64,000 nt of DNA, taken from Ramazzottius varieornatus. Taxonomy: Eukaryota > Animalia > Tardigrada. The translations under genes were made by a program, and so were the position numbers. Shown piece after piece: positions 11,638-23,351 of this stretch. The DNA lies in contig BDGG01000002.1 of the NCBI GenBank assembly GCA_001949185.1, forward strand, positions 837,481 to 901,480, read 5' to 3'. Within the stretch, counting starts at the first letter, position 1, and every line of letters starts with the position of its first letter. Under the pieces are notes generated by a model. The model searched no databases, was not told where the DNA came from, and saw only the letters and a program-made list of their open reading frames with translations.

Positions 11638-13662
11638 TGACCAATCCCACGAAAAATAGTCAGAAGCGAAAAAGTCAGACAGGGCCAAGCTCCACCAAGC
11701 CGAAATAGCAGGCTATAAAGGAGAGGAGGACTCAGCCTGGGACGACGGTGGACTTGACCGGACCGGCGGAAGATTCTCTCCCTTCGCCTTCTCCAACTAC
11801 CGCGAACGACACGAGTGTTGGAGATCCAACTGTTGGAGCTCCAACTGTCACGAAGAAGTTAGGAGCAGGAAGGCCGAAAGATTTACCGATATAGACCTTT
11901 TTCAGACATGATGAGTTGGAGGATAAGTCGGTCTGTCTGGTGGAAGGATGCTCGACCAAGCTTAAAGGAATGAATACAGGAAACAACCGGCTTCATCTGA
12001 TGAAGCACCCAGTGGCAAACAAGGAGTTTCTAGCGATGTGTGAGAAGCAGAAAGCTCAGAAGGAGCAGAAGGGCGGCGGAAAACATCACCAGCCGACGTT
12101 GGCAGAGATGGCCATACATAGAGCAAGAAGAATCCAGCAAGGAGAATCCAAGGCAAGCGCATTGTTCAAATCCAAATCTTTATACATGAATAAGCTTACC
12201 GGTCTCTACAATGGCTTACCGGTCTTTACACTTGCAGGTATGACAGTATCCTGAAAAAAGTTGGCGTTTACGTTCTGCGATCACCGTCAATGACTCTTAA
12301 TGGAGTCGAAGATGATAGCTTCAAGGATCTGATTTACCATTTGGACCCCAGGGCGCTAAAGCCCACGTCGAAGCTCGTACGTGCATCTATGGATCTTATC
12401 GAACGGTAGCTTTGTCAAAATATCAAAGATTTATTGAAGAATGCAGGAAGAATCTGCTTTACAACAGGTATGATACAGTATCACTGTTTACGTTGGAATT
12501 CCAACTGATGGACCTCCAACATGTCGTTTTCCAGATATTTGGACGGAGAAGGGGATGACCGAAGCGTTCCTCGGAATCACAGCACACTTTGCGGACAAGA
12601 AGACCCATGTAAGGCACCACCTCTACCGACTACTCCCGATATCCGTGCTTCTTGCACACTCTACAGCTCGTGGTCAAGTTGTTCGAGAAGAGTCCGCCGA
12701 TCAAGGATTTCATGGCGAAAGTTCGCGCGATTGTAAATAGCTTCGGCCATTCTCACACCGCCGTCGCTGCACTTATGGCGCGGACTGGCGGTCTGGAGCT
12801 TATCTCAGACAACACGACACGATGGTCCAGCACTCTTCTGATGGCGGAAAGAATGGTCAAAATTCAGGCTGCTGTAGAAACGATGATCGTGGTTGAGAAA
12901 CTAGTCAAACTACTTAACGTATCTCAAGGTGAATGGCTAGTGCTGAAAGGAATTGTCAAGTTCCTTGGCAAGTTCACTGTCTAATCCTTTCTATGTAGAC
13001 ATTCAAGTCGACATAGTGGTACGCTTCGGTGAATGGTTGAACCATGAACACTTAACGTTCGATCCCATCATGATGGTAGCAACTCTGTTACATCCAGCGC
13101 TACGCCGACTTCTGACGGAGAAGGAGCAAACCATGGCAATGAGTGTTCTGCAGTACGACAAGAAGTGGAATTCGACTGTCAACGATGATTCTTCTGGTTC
13201 CACGAATACAGGTGACTAAACTCTCTTTGGAGTTCCAAATGTTGGAATTCCAACTCATCGTCTTTGTTTCTAGGTCACGATCAACCTCAGTCCAAGGTCG
13301 GTGACGACGACGAGTTTTCGCACCTCACGGAACTTCTGGCTCGTGCTCCAGTGAATACTACAGCAGAACAACAGCAGTTGCCTATAGAACGTCAGTTAAA
13401 CTCTTACATGCTCTCAGCAACTGCAGCCGCCTTCCCACAGAAGAGCGAACCAAGCAAGTTCTGGTTACAAAATACAACTGAGTATCCTGAGCTGAGTGCT
13501 TTCGCTTTTGATGTTCCTGCAATACAATGCTCTTCGGCGCCATCGGAAATACTGTTTTCGACAGCAGGTGATGCTACAGCCGGTAAAAAGAATCGACTTG
13601 GCGGTGAAAGATTGGAACAGAAAGTTTTTGTTAGACGAAATGCTAAATATTACTGTTGCTGA
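11638..13662 (+). pseudogene. hAT transposase with BED zinc finger, disrupted
   Basis: BED finger CLVEGC...NRLHLMKH; first catalytic Asp region FTT|DIWT...FLGITAHF across an intron; HTLQLVV; TRWSST; C-terminal dimerisation domain FWLQN...YPELS...SSAPSEILFSTAG. In-frame stops, frameshifts and an apparent internal deletion. Confidence 0.88.
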
Positions 13663-14184
13663 AAGATGTTGGATCTCCAACCGTTGGAATTCCAACCACT
13701 ACTAATTATTACTGTACAATGAACTATTCCATCCTGTGTTATTCCATGGCACCAATGTTACTTTTCTATTTCATTTTCGATTTACCGTTGTAATTATTAA
13801 AAAAAGAAAGACCGTCAAAAATACTGCACCAACAGTGACACCAAAGAGCCATAAGTGCTACAGGAAAAACCGAAGGGACGTACACTGCAGGACACGATTC
13901 TGTCCGGTCATCAACACGACAGAGTTATGGGCTATCTAACAATCAAACATGGAAACCAAAAGCCAAGGGGTATAACACTTGTTCCGTGGCCACAACTCTA
14001 CCGTAATAATGTTTACCAGGGCAGGTTTCGACTGAACAGGACTACCATCAATCAGCCATACAGTAATGCTAAGACCGAACGGACAGAATTGCGTCCCGTG
14101 CTGTAACTACACCAGTAGAGAAACTCTAAACAAGATCTTTACCACGATACATGGAGCAGTAGTCAGGAGTTCGCTGCTCGAAAT

Positions 14185-15069
14185 CTAAGTCCTCTTGCTT
14201 ACGATCGAGAACACGACGACTGTCTTCCGCAGCATACCTATGTGCGTCATCTCTGTCTTCTCTTGCTCGCTTGTCCTCCAACTCTTGCTTTTCACGAAGT
14301 TTCGCTCGTTGTCCTCTTGTTCCCGAGTTAACTGCGTCTGCTTTTTCTGCTGGTCGCGCCAAGTCACGAACTTCTGAGTGGCACGGATGTAGTTGGCCGC
14401 TCGAGTCTTATCTCGATGCGCGTGGTAGTAGGTCTTGGGATGATTTACTGCGGACGCAGCTGGAACTCTAACCAAAGTTGGATTTCCAACGGGAACATTC
14501 ACAGCTTGAGGAATGACGACGGGCAGCGTTTGGGGTTTCGCAGTTTGAAGCTCGGTAGATCTTGTTGGAATTCCAACTGTATTTGGAGTTCCAAACTTGT
14601 TAGCTGATCCCACGCTAACAATGTCCGAACGCCATCGGCGCATCAAGATGGGACGGGGCATCATAAGTGACACTTCATTGCGACCTGCAACTTCACAAAA
14701 TAAATTAGTCGGTTACAAATGACCATGCTTCACTTGTCTCCCATACCTTCGTAAGTAGTTTCCGACTTTTCACTCTTCGCCAGTGGATTATTCGACACCG
14801 TTTCATCCTCGTAGTTCAACTCTGAAAGATAGGAAAAAAAGGTATTATTGACGTCATGAGCTACGCATAATTGCAGTGCAAAACTGATGGTAACGCATGA
14901 CGTCACAATATAAACTATAATACATTCGATACAGGACGATCCGGCCCTGATCCAGACTTTACATAAGACTTACGAATAGTCTTCAAAGCGTCAGCAGTGT
15001 TCGTCAGGCTCTTCGAGCTTTCCATGGCGTCCTTCAAGAGAGCGGACACAGTGGACATCTCTGCTTTGC
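14185..15069 (-). CDS. Unknown spliced passenger gene inside the inner hAT element, convergent with the transposase
   Basis: Exons 15069-14974, 14821-14747, 14684-14185 joined by GT-AG introns in matching phase 1: MSTVSALLKDAMESS...KTI|QLNYEDETV...TYE|GRNEVSLMMPRP...KTYYHAHRDKTRAANYIRATQKF. Both ends uncertain. Confidence 0.5.
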
Positions 15070-18032
15070 CTGCAAAGAAGCGAAGAAACATACAGCACGA
15101 CAACATAGGACTTACAGTATGATTTGCCAATGGTTTTCCAGATTGTACAGTCTCGTACAAGTTAACTCTTACTTTTGTAACTAACGTCAAACGAAAACCA
15201 GCGAAACCACGTTTGCTGTAGATTCGAGCTTCAATCCGTAGTATTCCACACTCTTTAAATAATCACCCAGCTTCTCCACCACAACAGAACAACGGCATGC
15301 GGTGTGCGGTCAGATTCTTGAGATGGCGAAGAGACCTACAGCTCGCGCTACCGACACCTGAAGAATCCAACTTCCTTTGGGATGAACAAGCTGTTTTCCG
15401 AGTCCTTGTTCCGCAATAATCAAACGAAAGCTCTTGCAAACAAAAGAGATAGCAGGAAGAAAAGCTGGAGAGTGGTGCGAGAACGGCGTGGAGGACACGA
15501 GAGAATACAGACAGAAAATTTTGACGGACATGTGGAATGACTACTATCTGAACAAGATGACATAACAACGGATACATATCCCTGCTGATTACTCGGTTAA
15601 TGCGAACTTACAGACGGACCATATTTAAAACAATTTTTATTAGAGATCCAGATGTAATTAAAATTAACAGATAATAGAGAATTCAGCCAATCCAAACCTG
15701 CAACAATTAAAATTACGGTTTGAGAAAAATTTTACTAATTGTAATAGAGATTAAAATTCCAAAACCACTAGTAGAATAACACTGGTTCTGACTAGAGCTC
15801 TTAACGGATGGATCAGACAGTCATCCGGATAAGATCAGATGCCGATCCGGATGGATCCGGAAAGCAGTCGAATGGATAGAACTCCCATCCGAATCGGTTG
15901 CCAATGGATGGGTCTTCTGTCCGGATGATCCGGATCTTATCTGGATAAAAACTCGAAGCTTGGCTTAGAGACTTACAGTTGACACAACGAATTGTAATTC
16001 GTAGGTTTTGACAGGCTGTGTTGCCAGAGAGCATAGACGAAACGATTTAATAATCCTCCGTCAACATAGTCTGCATATACTCAAAAATTAAATTCCAAGA
16101 CCTTAAATGACAAGACAGAGATTGCGTAAACAAAACTACGCTCAAAAGACAAGCTTGTTGGGAGATTGCGAATTTCTGTCAGATTACCCGCTGGTGTATT
16201 GGACTATTTGATTTTGCGTTAGTAATTTTGGTTCTGTCCGGATAGAGAGCCGGATGGATGGAGAGCTTATCCGGATTCCATCCGGACGCCCACATCCGGA
16301 CGCACAACATCCGGATGATTATGGGCGGCCGGAGCGGCAAAAATGAGGTTGGTAGATGATTGGCATCTCAATAATAATGATAAAGTTCCAAGCAGTTTCA
16401 ATCTACTAAGATATCAATATCGGGTTCCGATGTCCGAATCCGTCTATCAAATACTACCAAATATAGTAAATACTGAAACCATCCACCATCATTTGCTCTA
16501 GTGGAATATTACTATATTAGAACATCACTACGTTCGACGGATGATTTACGCAGTGAATTGTCGAAACTGTAGATCGGCTTTACACATTCAACTACGGCCC
16601 TGCTCTCACCGTCAAATCACAAATCCACATTTTCGTAATTCCTCAAAAGCGCTCTACGCGCTGGTCCAACACCCGTTCTCCGGTTCATTAAGGTAGAAGT
16701 TGGTTAGTCATGACGAATTTTCTGTTGCAACTTGTATTGTGGCAGCTCGTACGCGACAACTGCGTAAATGTCGATTTTAGGCTGTCGAGCACTGAGCCAA
16801 AGGTCCAAAAGTACGTTGCGACTTTGCTGCGTACTGATGGGTGGTACTTTTAGCCTCCTGGCCAACCCATCCAACATTTTTTATGGATTCTTTTACGACC
16901 AAAGTTCTTGGTTCGCTAGGCGGGTCAACTTGGCCGTTTTAGAAAGTTAAGATCAACTCTTGATCATCCCGCTACGGGGCAAGATCAACTGATAGGATAT
17001 CTGATCCTCAGTATGTACGATCCTCCACACAGTCGTATGCGTGAATCCGTCCCGGGTAGTGGGCACGCGGCAGACCGGCCAATCAACGGTCAGCAGTCAA
17101 TCAATCGAACAGATTTGCGCCATTAGTACATAATCAGGTAATCAATGACATGCTGGGCTAACCGAGTTTGATACTGCACATTCAGAAATTCTTCTGAAAT
17201 TTTCTGGGAGTTTTTGGAGTTTTTCTAGCTTCACTAAGTTTTTGCTGCGTCATGAACTAGAGCCCCATCAATTAATTCGGTACAAGTCAACTGGAGTAAA
17301 CGGCCGATTGATTAAAACAAAATTGATTCGTCTCAGCACCCTGCCGATCGGACAAATGGACAGTGGCACCAACCTTACCGTACGATCGGCAGAGTATAAT
17401 GTCCGACCGACAGGGTGTGATGTACGACCGACACGATATGGCGTAACTCGTGCTACCTGGTAGGTAGATAGGTAGGTTGACCGCTAGGGGCTGACCACTG
17501 GTCTTGCTAGGTTGACCACAGATACCTAGCCACTGGCAATAGTGGGCTGGCTGCCCAATCGCAGAATGGCCCATCCTCGCTGTCTATTGGTCAGCGGGCC
17601 TAGCAAGCGGTCGGGGCGGAGTCCACAGTTTACTTGAGTTGATTATTTGAGTGAAAGACGTTCTTTATTATGTCAGATGTGAATGAACCCGCATCGCCAT
17701 CCTTTGATCTTTCCGCCGCAGGCTCAGGCTCGCCATAGTTTGAGCGGAGTTAAGGGTTATTGAATACTGAACAGCTTCCTACTGCTGACTCAACCGGTCT
17801 GTGATTCATTCAATAGCGTCACCGGAAGCCGGAAAGACGTGTGACAATTTCGCAAAATCACCCGTCGATCGCTGGCGCTGACGTCATGTGCTAAATCATA
17901 TTTTGATTTTTCCAGATGGAATAATCGCGAGTTTGGGCGAATTCCGATTACTTTACGTTTCTTCCCGTTATAAGCAGTCGTTCCTAGTGCTGAAAGCACA
18001 GGGTTTCAAAATTTGTACTCATCACTACGGAA

Positions 18033-20733
18033 ATGTTGCAAAGGCTAACTTCACCACGACTGGCGTGCCGTCTCTGTCATATTGAGAAAGTGGAGGTAAG
18101 TTCAAGTCCCTCAATCAGCTGATGGTTGATCTTGGGTCGGTTGATTGACCGAAGCTCAGACTCTCGATTACGAGTCTTCCATCCGTGATGTTTTCGTTCT
18201 ATTCTTAGAGTTTCCTTTCTGCGCGGAGTGGCTCAACGTTGGCAGAGAAGAAGGAAGACATCGCTAATGGTCCTGGTTTGTCGGATTTTATCAGTGGCGA
18301 AGTCACGAACACATGGGGAGACTATCAGGGAAAACTTCGACGGGGAGCTGGCGACACAGAACGGTAGAACCATGTGTTGTCCTCGTTTCGTCTGTGTCTT
18401 ACCCGTTTTGTCCTGCAGACTCAGGTTACCTCCATGGCTAAAGACGAAGATTCCGACTGGGAAGAACTTCAACAGGCTGAAAAATGACTTGCGGGAGCTG
18501 AATCTAAACACGGTAAGCGAGCCGTAAATTTCGTCCCGGGTACAGTTATATGTGTATCCCAGTTACCTATGTACAGCAACCGGTTGGTAAAGCAAAGTGC
18601 GCCGGTTGATCAAATCTAGCAGGTGAAATGCGCAGGACGTCATGCGTTATGTATTACGAGGCAATCAATTTATTCAATCAATGCAATGATCAAAAGCACC
18701 ATTCCGCTGTAAACTATGCTGGATCCAGAACAGGAGAAAGACAAGCACAGGACACACTCTCAGTTTGGACGATAACCTAGGAATCGTACAGGGATCTGAG
18801 GAACTGAATGTGAAACCAACAGCAGCTGGAAGGAAAGACGCATCCATCTTTTCTCGTTGCTGGCTTTTCCTTCAACGATGCGCAGCTGGTGAGAGTAGCT
18901 TGACGATCTGGAACAGTTGTAGGGCGTAGGGTGGAAGGTAGACGTAACAGGCGTAGGAGACGATAGCTAGCACTGTCAAGAAGCAAACATCGGCCAGGCG
19001 TCGCTCCCAGGGATCGAGCATGAAGGTGCACGTCACCAGACTGAACTGAAAGTACAGCCAACGCAGGCGCTGGAAGACACTCAGCTTGTCCTTGGGATTC
19101 ACCATCTCCCAGTGCTCTGGTACTATGTCTGCACCCATTTCTTTGGCTCCGTCGAAGTAAATGAACAGAACGAGGAGAAAGATTGCAGGAAATGACGAGC
19201 TTCCTCAAAACGTTAAAAACATTCGAAAATAAAAACGAAATAATTCCAAAAGTACCTATAATCAACAATCAATCCTCGATCGCTGACGTCATAGGAATTC
19301 CAGCTTTTGTGCCCAGTGTCAACGAGTCGTCGTGAACCTTGCTCTGGCATTGCATGTTAGGGTGGTGGAAGCATGAGTAACTCGGTCAGATCGATGCTGG
19401 GATAGGCAGTTTTTATTCGACCGCGATATACTGTATTGGGGCAGACGGTTTTCTTTTAGACTCTCAGCCTCATAACAATGAATTTCCTTCTTTTGTAGGT
19501 TTGCGAGGAAGCCAAGTGCCCGAATATTGGTGAATGCTGGGGCGGAGGGGAGCATGGAACAGCGACGGCGACCATTATGGTAAAACCTGATAACGCACAG
19601 CCAGATGTGATCTCACGCGAGAACGGAGTCCAGTGTTTTCTTCTTTCTAGCTCTTGGGTGATACCTGTACGCGTGGCTGTCGCTTCTGTTCGGTCAAAAC
19701 CTCGCGGACACCTCCACCACCTGACATTAACGAGCCAGAGAACACGGCCATCGCGTTGGCCAAATGGGGATTGGGTTATGTCGTACTCACTACCGTTGAT
19801 CGTGATGGTGAGTGGAACTTCCCACATGTTTAACTCAATTGTGGAACCTGCTCTTGTTGTCTTACAGACTTACCCGACGGTGGAGCCGCTCATCTAGCAA
19901 AGACGATTAAGGAAATAAAGCGGAGGATACCTTCCTTGTTGGTCGAATGCCTGACCGGTGACTTTTACGGGAAACTAACCGATGTGGAAACCGTGGCGCT
20001 TTCCGGACTTGACGTTTACGCTCACAATATCGAAACCGTGGATAGGCTGCAGAAGTAAGCTCAAATTCCGCATACGGAAGATCGCGGAACAAACTCGACC
20101 ATATCAAGTGGCGCACGTTTCCAGTCATCAGCACCGGAAACATGCGCCACTGAAAGAAAAACACTCGATCTTTTAAACCTTTCAGTCTTTTCTTCACGCT
20201 GCGCTTTTCTTGTTAGGTTTGTGAGGGACCCACGAGCCGGTTATCAGCAAACGCTCAGTGTTCTTCGACACGCCAAAGAAACGAACCCCTCCTTACTGAC
20301 CAAAAGCTCCGTCATGTTAGGCCACGGTGAGAAGGATGAGGAAGTGTTACAAACGCTGAAAGGTGATTCCTTATTCCGATCATTTTTTAGAGAAGAAACT
20401 GACCATGAAACATTTCTTCCAGATTTGAGAGCCAACAATGTGGACTGTGTGACGTTGGGTCAGTACATGCAGCCGACCAAGAGGCACTTGAAGGTACGTT
20501 TTCTGTTGAACACGACGGTTCTCTGCTCGTACAAAGGGTCCTGGTTGTAGGTTGTGGAGTATGTCACTCCGGAGAAGTTTGCCTATTGGAGTAAAGTTGG
20601 TAACGAGCTGGGCTTTTCCTACACGGCCAGTGGACCTCTTGTGAGGTCCTCGTATCGAGCAGGCGAATTTTACATTGCCGCCTTGCTCAAAGCTAGAAAG
20701 GAAGACTCTCCCAAGATGGAAATCGCCTTGTAA
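18033..20733 (+). CDS. LIAS: Mitochondrial lipoyl synthase (radical SAM)
   Basis: Nine exons (~18033-18095, 18209-18363, 18419-18512, 19499-19579, 19651-19807, 19868-20054, 20217-20362, 20423-20493, 20551-20733). Motifs [48 protein letters not shown]. Confidence 0.96.
18872..19138 (-). CDS. SPTSSA: Serine palmitoyltransferase small subunit (ssSPT), nested antisense in LIAS intron 3
   Basis: 88-aa single-exon ORF with [20 protein letters not shown]...YACYVYLP, matching the ssSPT family pattern W-x-Y-x-Q...M-L-[ED]-P-W-E-R. Confidence 0.88.
   Translation of the reverse strand: MGADIVPEHWEMVNPKDKLSVFQRLRWLYFQFSLVTCTFMLDPWERRLADVCFLTVLAIVSYACYVYLPPYALQLFQIVKLLSPAAHR
20104..20155. repeat. Intronic GTGGCGCAC-N25-GTGCGCCAC palindrome (LIAS intron)
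   Basis: CAAGTGGCGCAC-25 nt-ATGCGCCACTG. Confidence 0.8.
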
Positions 20734-20996
20734 CATTTGCTGCTTGGAGAGTGTTTTATTCCTAAAGAAATATTTAAAGTTTAGAACTACTGTAGCATGT
20801 CAAGCTGTATGGGAGTTTTGAACATTTGCAGCCTTGGCTGTTTGGTTCACTGTAATCCGAGATAAGGCTTCTGCGTGACAGCGTAAGGTCTAGCTTAAAT
20901 TTTTTTCGTCCAGCATCGCCTGCAAATGATTCACGGCACGTGAAGATACCTGGTGGGCTTATGTAAACACACACCGTGCATTCACAATTACACAGC

Positions 20997-22680
20997 TCAA
21001 ATGAAAGAAATTCGGTCCCTGTCCGTGCTATTTGGCGAAACAAAATTGTCAATGTAGCGATGGACTGCAGTAAACATGTCTGGGGTGTTGCTCGTGCCAC
21101 ACTTAACTGCGTGAGACGTTACGCCAGCTAGGAACTAGGCTTTGGCAGCTGAGTCGAAGCAAAACAGAGGGCCACCGCTATCACCTGAAAGAAACAGTTT
21201 TGCAAAACCTCAGATCATCAATCAAGGTGGTCGAGACGCGTCTCAGATCTACTGTACCTTGGCAGATGCCAGTAGTTATGCCTGTTCCCGCACAAACCCA
21301 TAGGCTGACATCTTTGCCCGGCCAGTTGAGACAGCTGGCTGAGTCGGTTGGACTGATATCGGCCTTGGTGATCTTTAGTGGTATCAGCAGACGAGGAGGC
21401 GGTGGCGGGGTTTCGGCTTTTGATCAATCTCGTTACCGAAACCGCTGGCCAGGCATCGTGCTTCTGTAGTCGGCGCTGCGCGGTTCAGACGCAGACACAT
21501 CTTGCAGGCACACCCACTCTTCGCCGTGAAATCAATCGGTGTTGCCAACGTCAGAACGGCAATAAACTTAAACTTTGATCACCGTCCAAATCGTTGATTG
21601 GGTTTCATGTAGCGTTAAACCGAAACCGTTACCGTCATCGTAAGTTGGCCCTCCAGCGTAATTACAGTGTAGGTCAGATTGAACGCGGGAGTCGGGGGAC
21701 TCACTGCGTTATTGTAAAATAAACAGTGAGCGGCAGTGATGATCGTGCGAGGACTCAAGATGGTAACACCACGTCGAAAGCTCCCTCCAAGTCCGGGAAA
21801 ACTAACTCTTACTGCGATCTGGATCGTGGGAAAATTCCGTTAGAACAACCAACAGTTTTTAAAGGCAAAGGGATGGAGATTAAATGAGCAGTTACCTGCC
21901 AGCATTCGCTAGCGGCACCGCCTGGCACATTCACTGCCCCAACAATGCGATCGAATAGCGCACGTTCGTCAAAGGTTTCGTGCGTACTGACTTACCGAGA
22001 TGCACACGGCCGGCAGTATGCCCTGCACCCCCCGGGTAGAGCAGCTCCGTTTACAGCACGTATAGCGGGCATGTAAAACGTGCGCCGGCCGTGTGTATCT
22101 CGGTAGTACAGTAATTTCAGACCGATTTCGTCCAAGCGCCATTGTCTCGAACTCTCTGCTGGCAGTGATGCCTGCTTGCGACAAGAAGAGGTTGCTGTTG
22201 TTGTTAGCCACACCACATTGTGTTCGGGGCTGCGGGTGGGTGCTGGGGCAGGCGCTGGGGCAGGTGTTGGGGCTGGTGTTGGTTTTGGTGTTGGTGTTGT
22301 TGGGGACCACTATGCGACCTGGTAAAGACAACTGTTCTGTCCACTGTGAGCTCGCACTAGAGTTTTGATCGTCTTGCGGATGCGCTGACCGAAATTTCCG
22401 CAGCAGAGCTGTCCAGTGGGACAGTTGGTGGTTGATATGACCTGTGCATCCTGCAGTATTCAAAGCCGTAGGAACGCCACACACTCCCGCTTGAATGCCA
22501 GCTGAGTCAGTACTTCGACACTGTAGCACAAGTGGCGGTGTAGTTGCAGTTGTAGTGTTAGTTGCTTCAGAACAATCTACAGAGCCCAGTCTTTGTCACC
22601 AGTAACAACGCAATCTGAGGATCAGTTCGGTCTCACTTAGAAACGGGAGGTTACGGACAGGCAAAACCAAGATACCAGCT
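20997..22680 (-). pseudogene. Trypsin-like (S1) serine protease pseudogene with Pro/Thr-rich N-terminal region
   Basis: Recognisable R-IVG, IITAAHC and GDSGGPL; CGG changed to RGV, DIA changed to FIA; stops just before RIVG and after GDSGGPLFCFDSAAKA; frameshifts. 5' boundary approximate. Confidence 0.75.
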
Positions 22681-23351
22681 GACTTCTGTATTAACACCTT
22701 GAGCACGGGGCGGGAAACTCACTTTCCTGGCGCACACTCAGTTGTGCGTAGTGAGATTCCACTTCAATTTTTGCTGTGCCTTCTTTTTTATTTGCCTGTA
22801 GGATCAACTTTTCTTTACACCACAACTAACGGCCACTGGACAGTGGCTCTGCAAAACTGTGTGGAATTATTTCCGTTCCCGATGGAATTTCGCCGTAGCT
22901 AACTAATTATTTTTCAGCCAGGCTCTCCGCTACTCCAGGGTCCAAAAAAATTGTAGCCCAAGTCCAAACATTCTTGTATCTCGCGACAGTTTCAGATTTG
23001 TGAAAAGATCTGCCCAGTGGTCAAGAGAAAACCGAAAAGCTTGGCCGTTTCGAGTTGGTAAGTGGCGCACTGTACATCAAATTTTGGCCAATCGAGAAGG
23101 TAACAATTGGCCCGAGTTAGCACCGCCCCCGATTTCAACCAATTAAAAAGAGGCAAAAGTGATTTTCCCGCATCGTATTCTGAAAGCACGAAATCGCGTC
23201 GTGCTCAAGGTGTTAATTAGCCACATGCGCAACTGAAAAATGGGCTAGTATGGCTGAGAGCCGCCGAAAAAGCGGGGGAAACCAAGAAAAGGCTTTCTGG
23301 GAATCTGGCTGTAAGTCCGTTATCGCGTAAGTCAGACCGCGTTCGAAACTA

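Larger units (their letters stand above)
11103..15784. mobile_element. Inner hAT DNA transposon (4.7 kb) with decayed transposase and a second gene
   Basis: Perfect 16-bp TIR CAGTGTTATTCTACTA; perfect 8-bp TSD GTTCTGAC at 11095-11102 and 15785-15792; AT-rich subterminal regions. Confidence 0.92.
11046..16530. mobile_element. Outer non-autonomous hAT-type element, host of a nested insertion
   Basis: TIR TAGCGATGTTCTAATAT / ATATTAGAACATCACTA; perfect 8-bp TSD CGTTCGAC at 11038-11045 and 16531-16538; ATCCGG/CCGGAT repeats in 15800-16320. Confidence 0.88.

Noticed and set aside
17370-17450. Three ~21-bp degenerate tandem units (GTACGACCGACA-like)
   Set aside because: Too short and degenerate to interpret.
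22725-23075. Isolated half-sites TGGCGCAC (~22728) and AAGTGGCGCAC (~23060) outside introns
   Set aside because: No partner arm at 24-25 nt, so not counted in the palindrome family.
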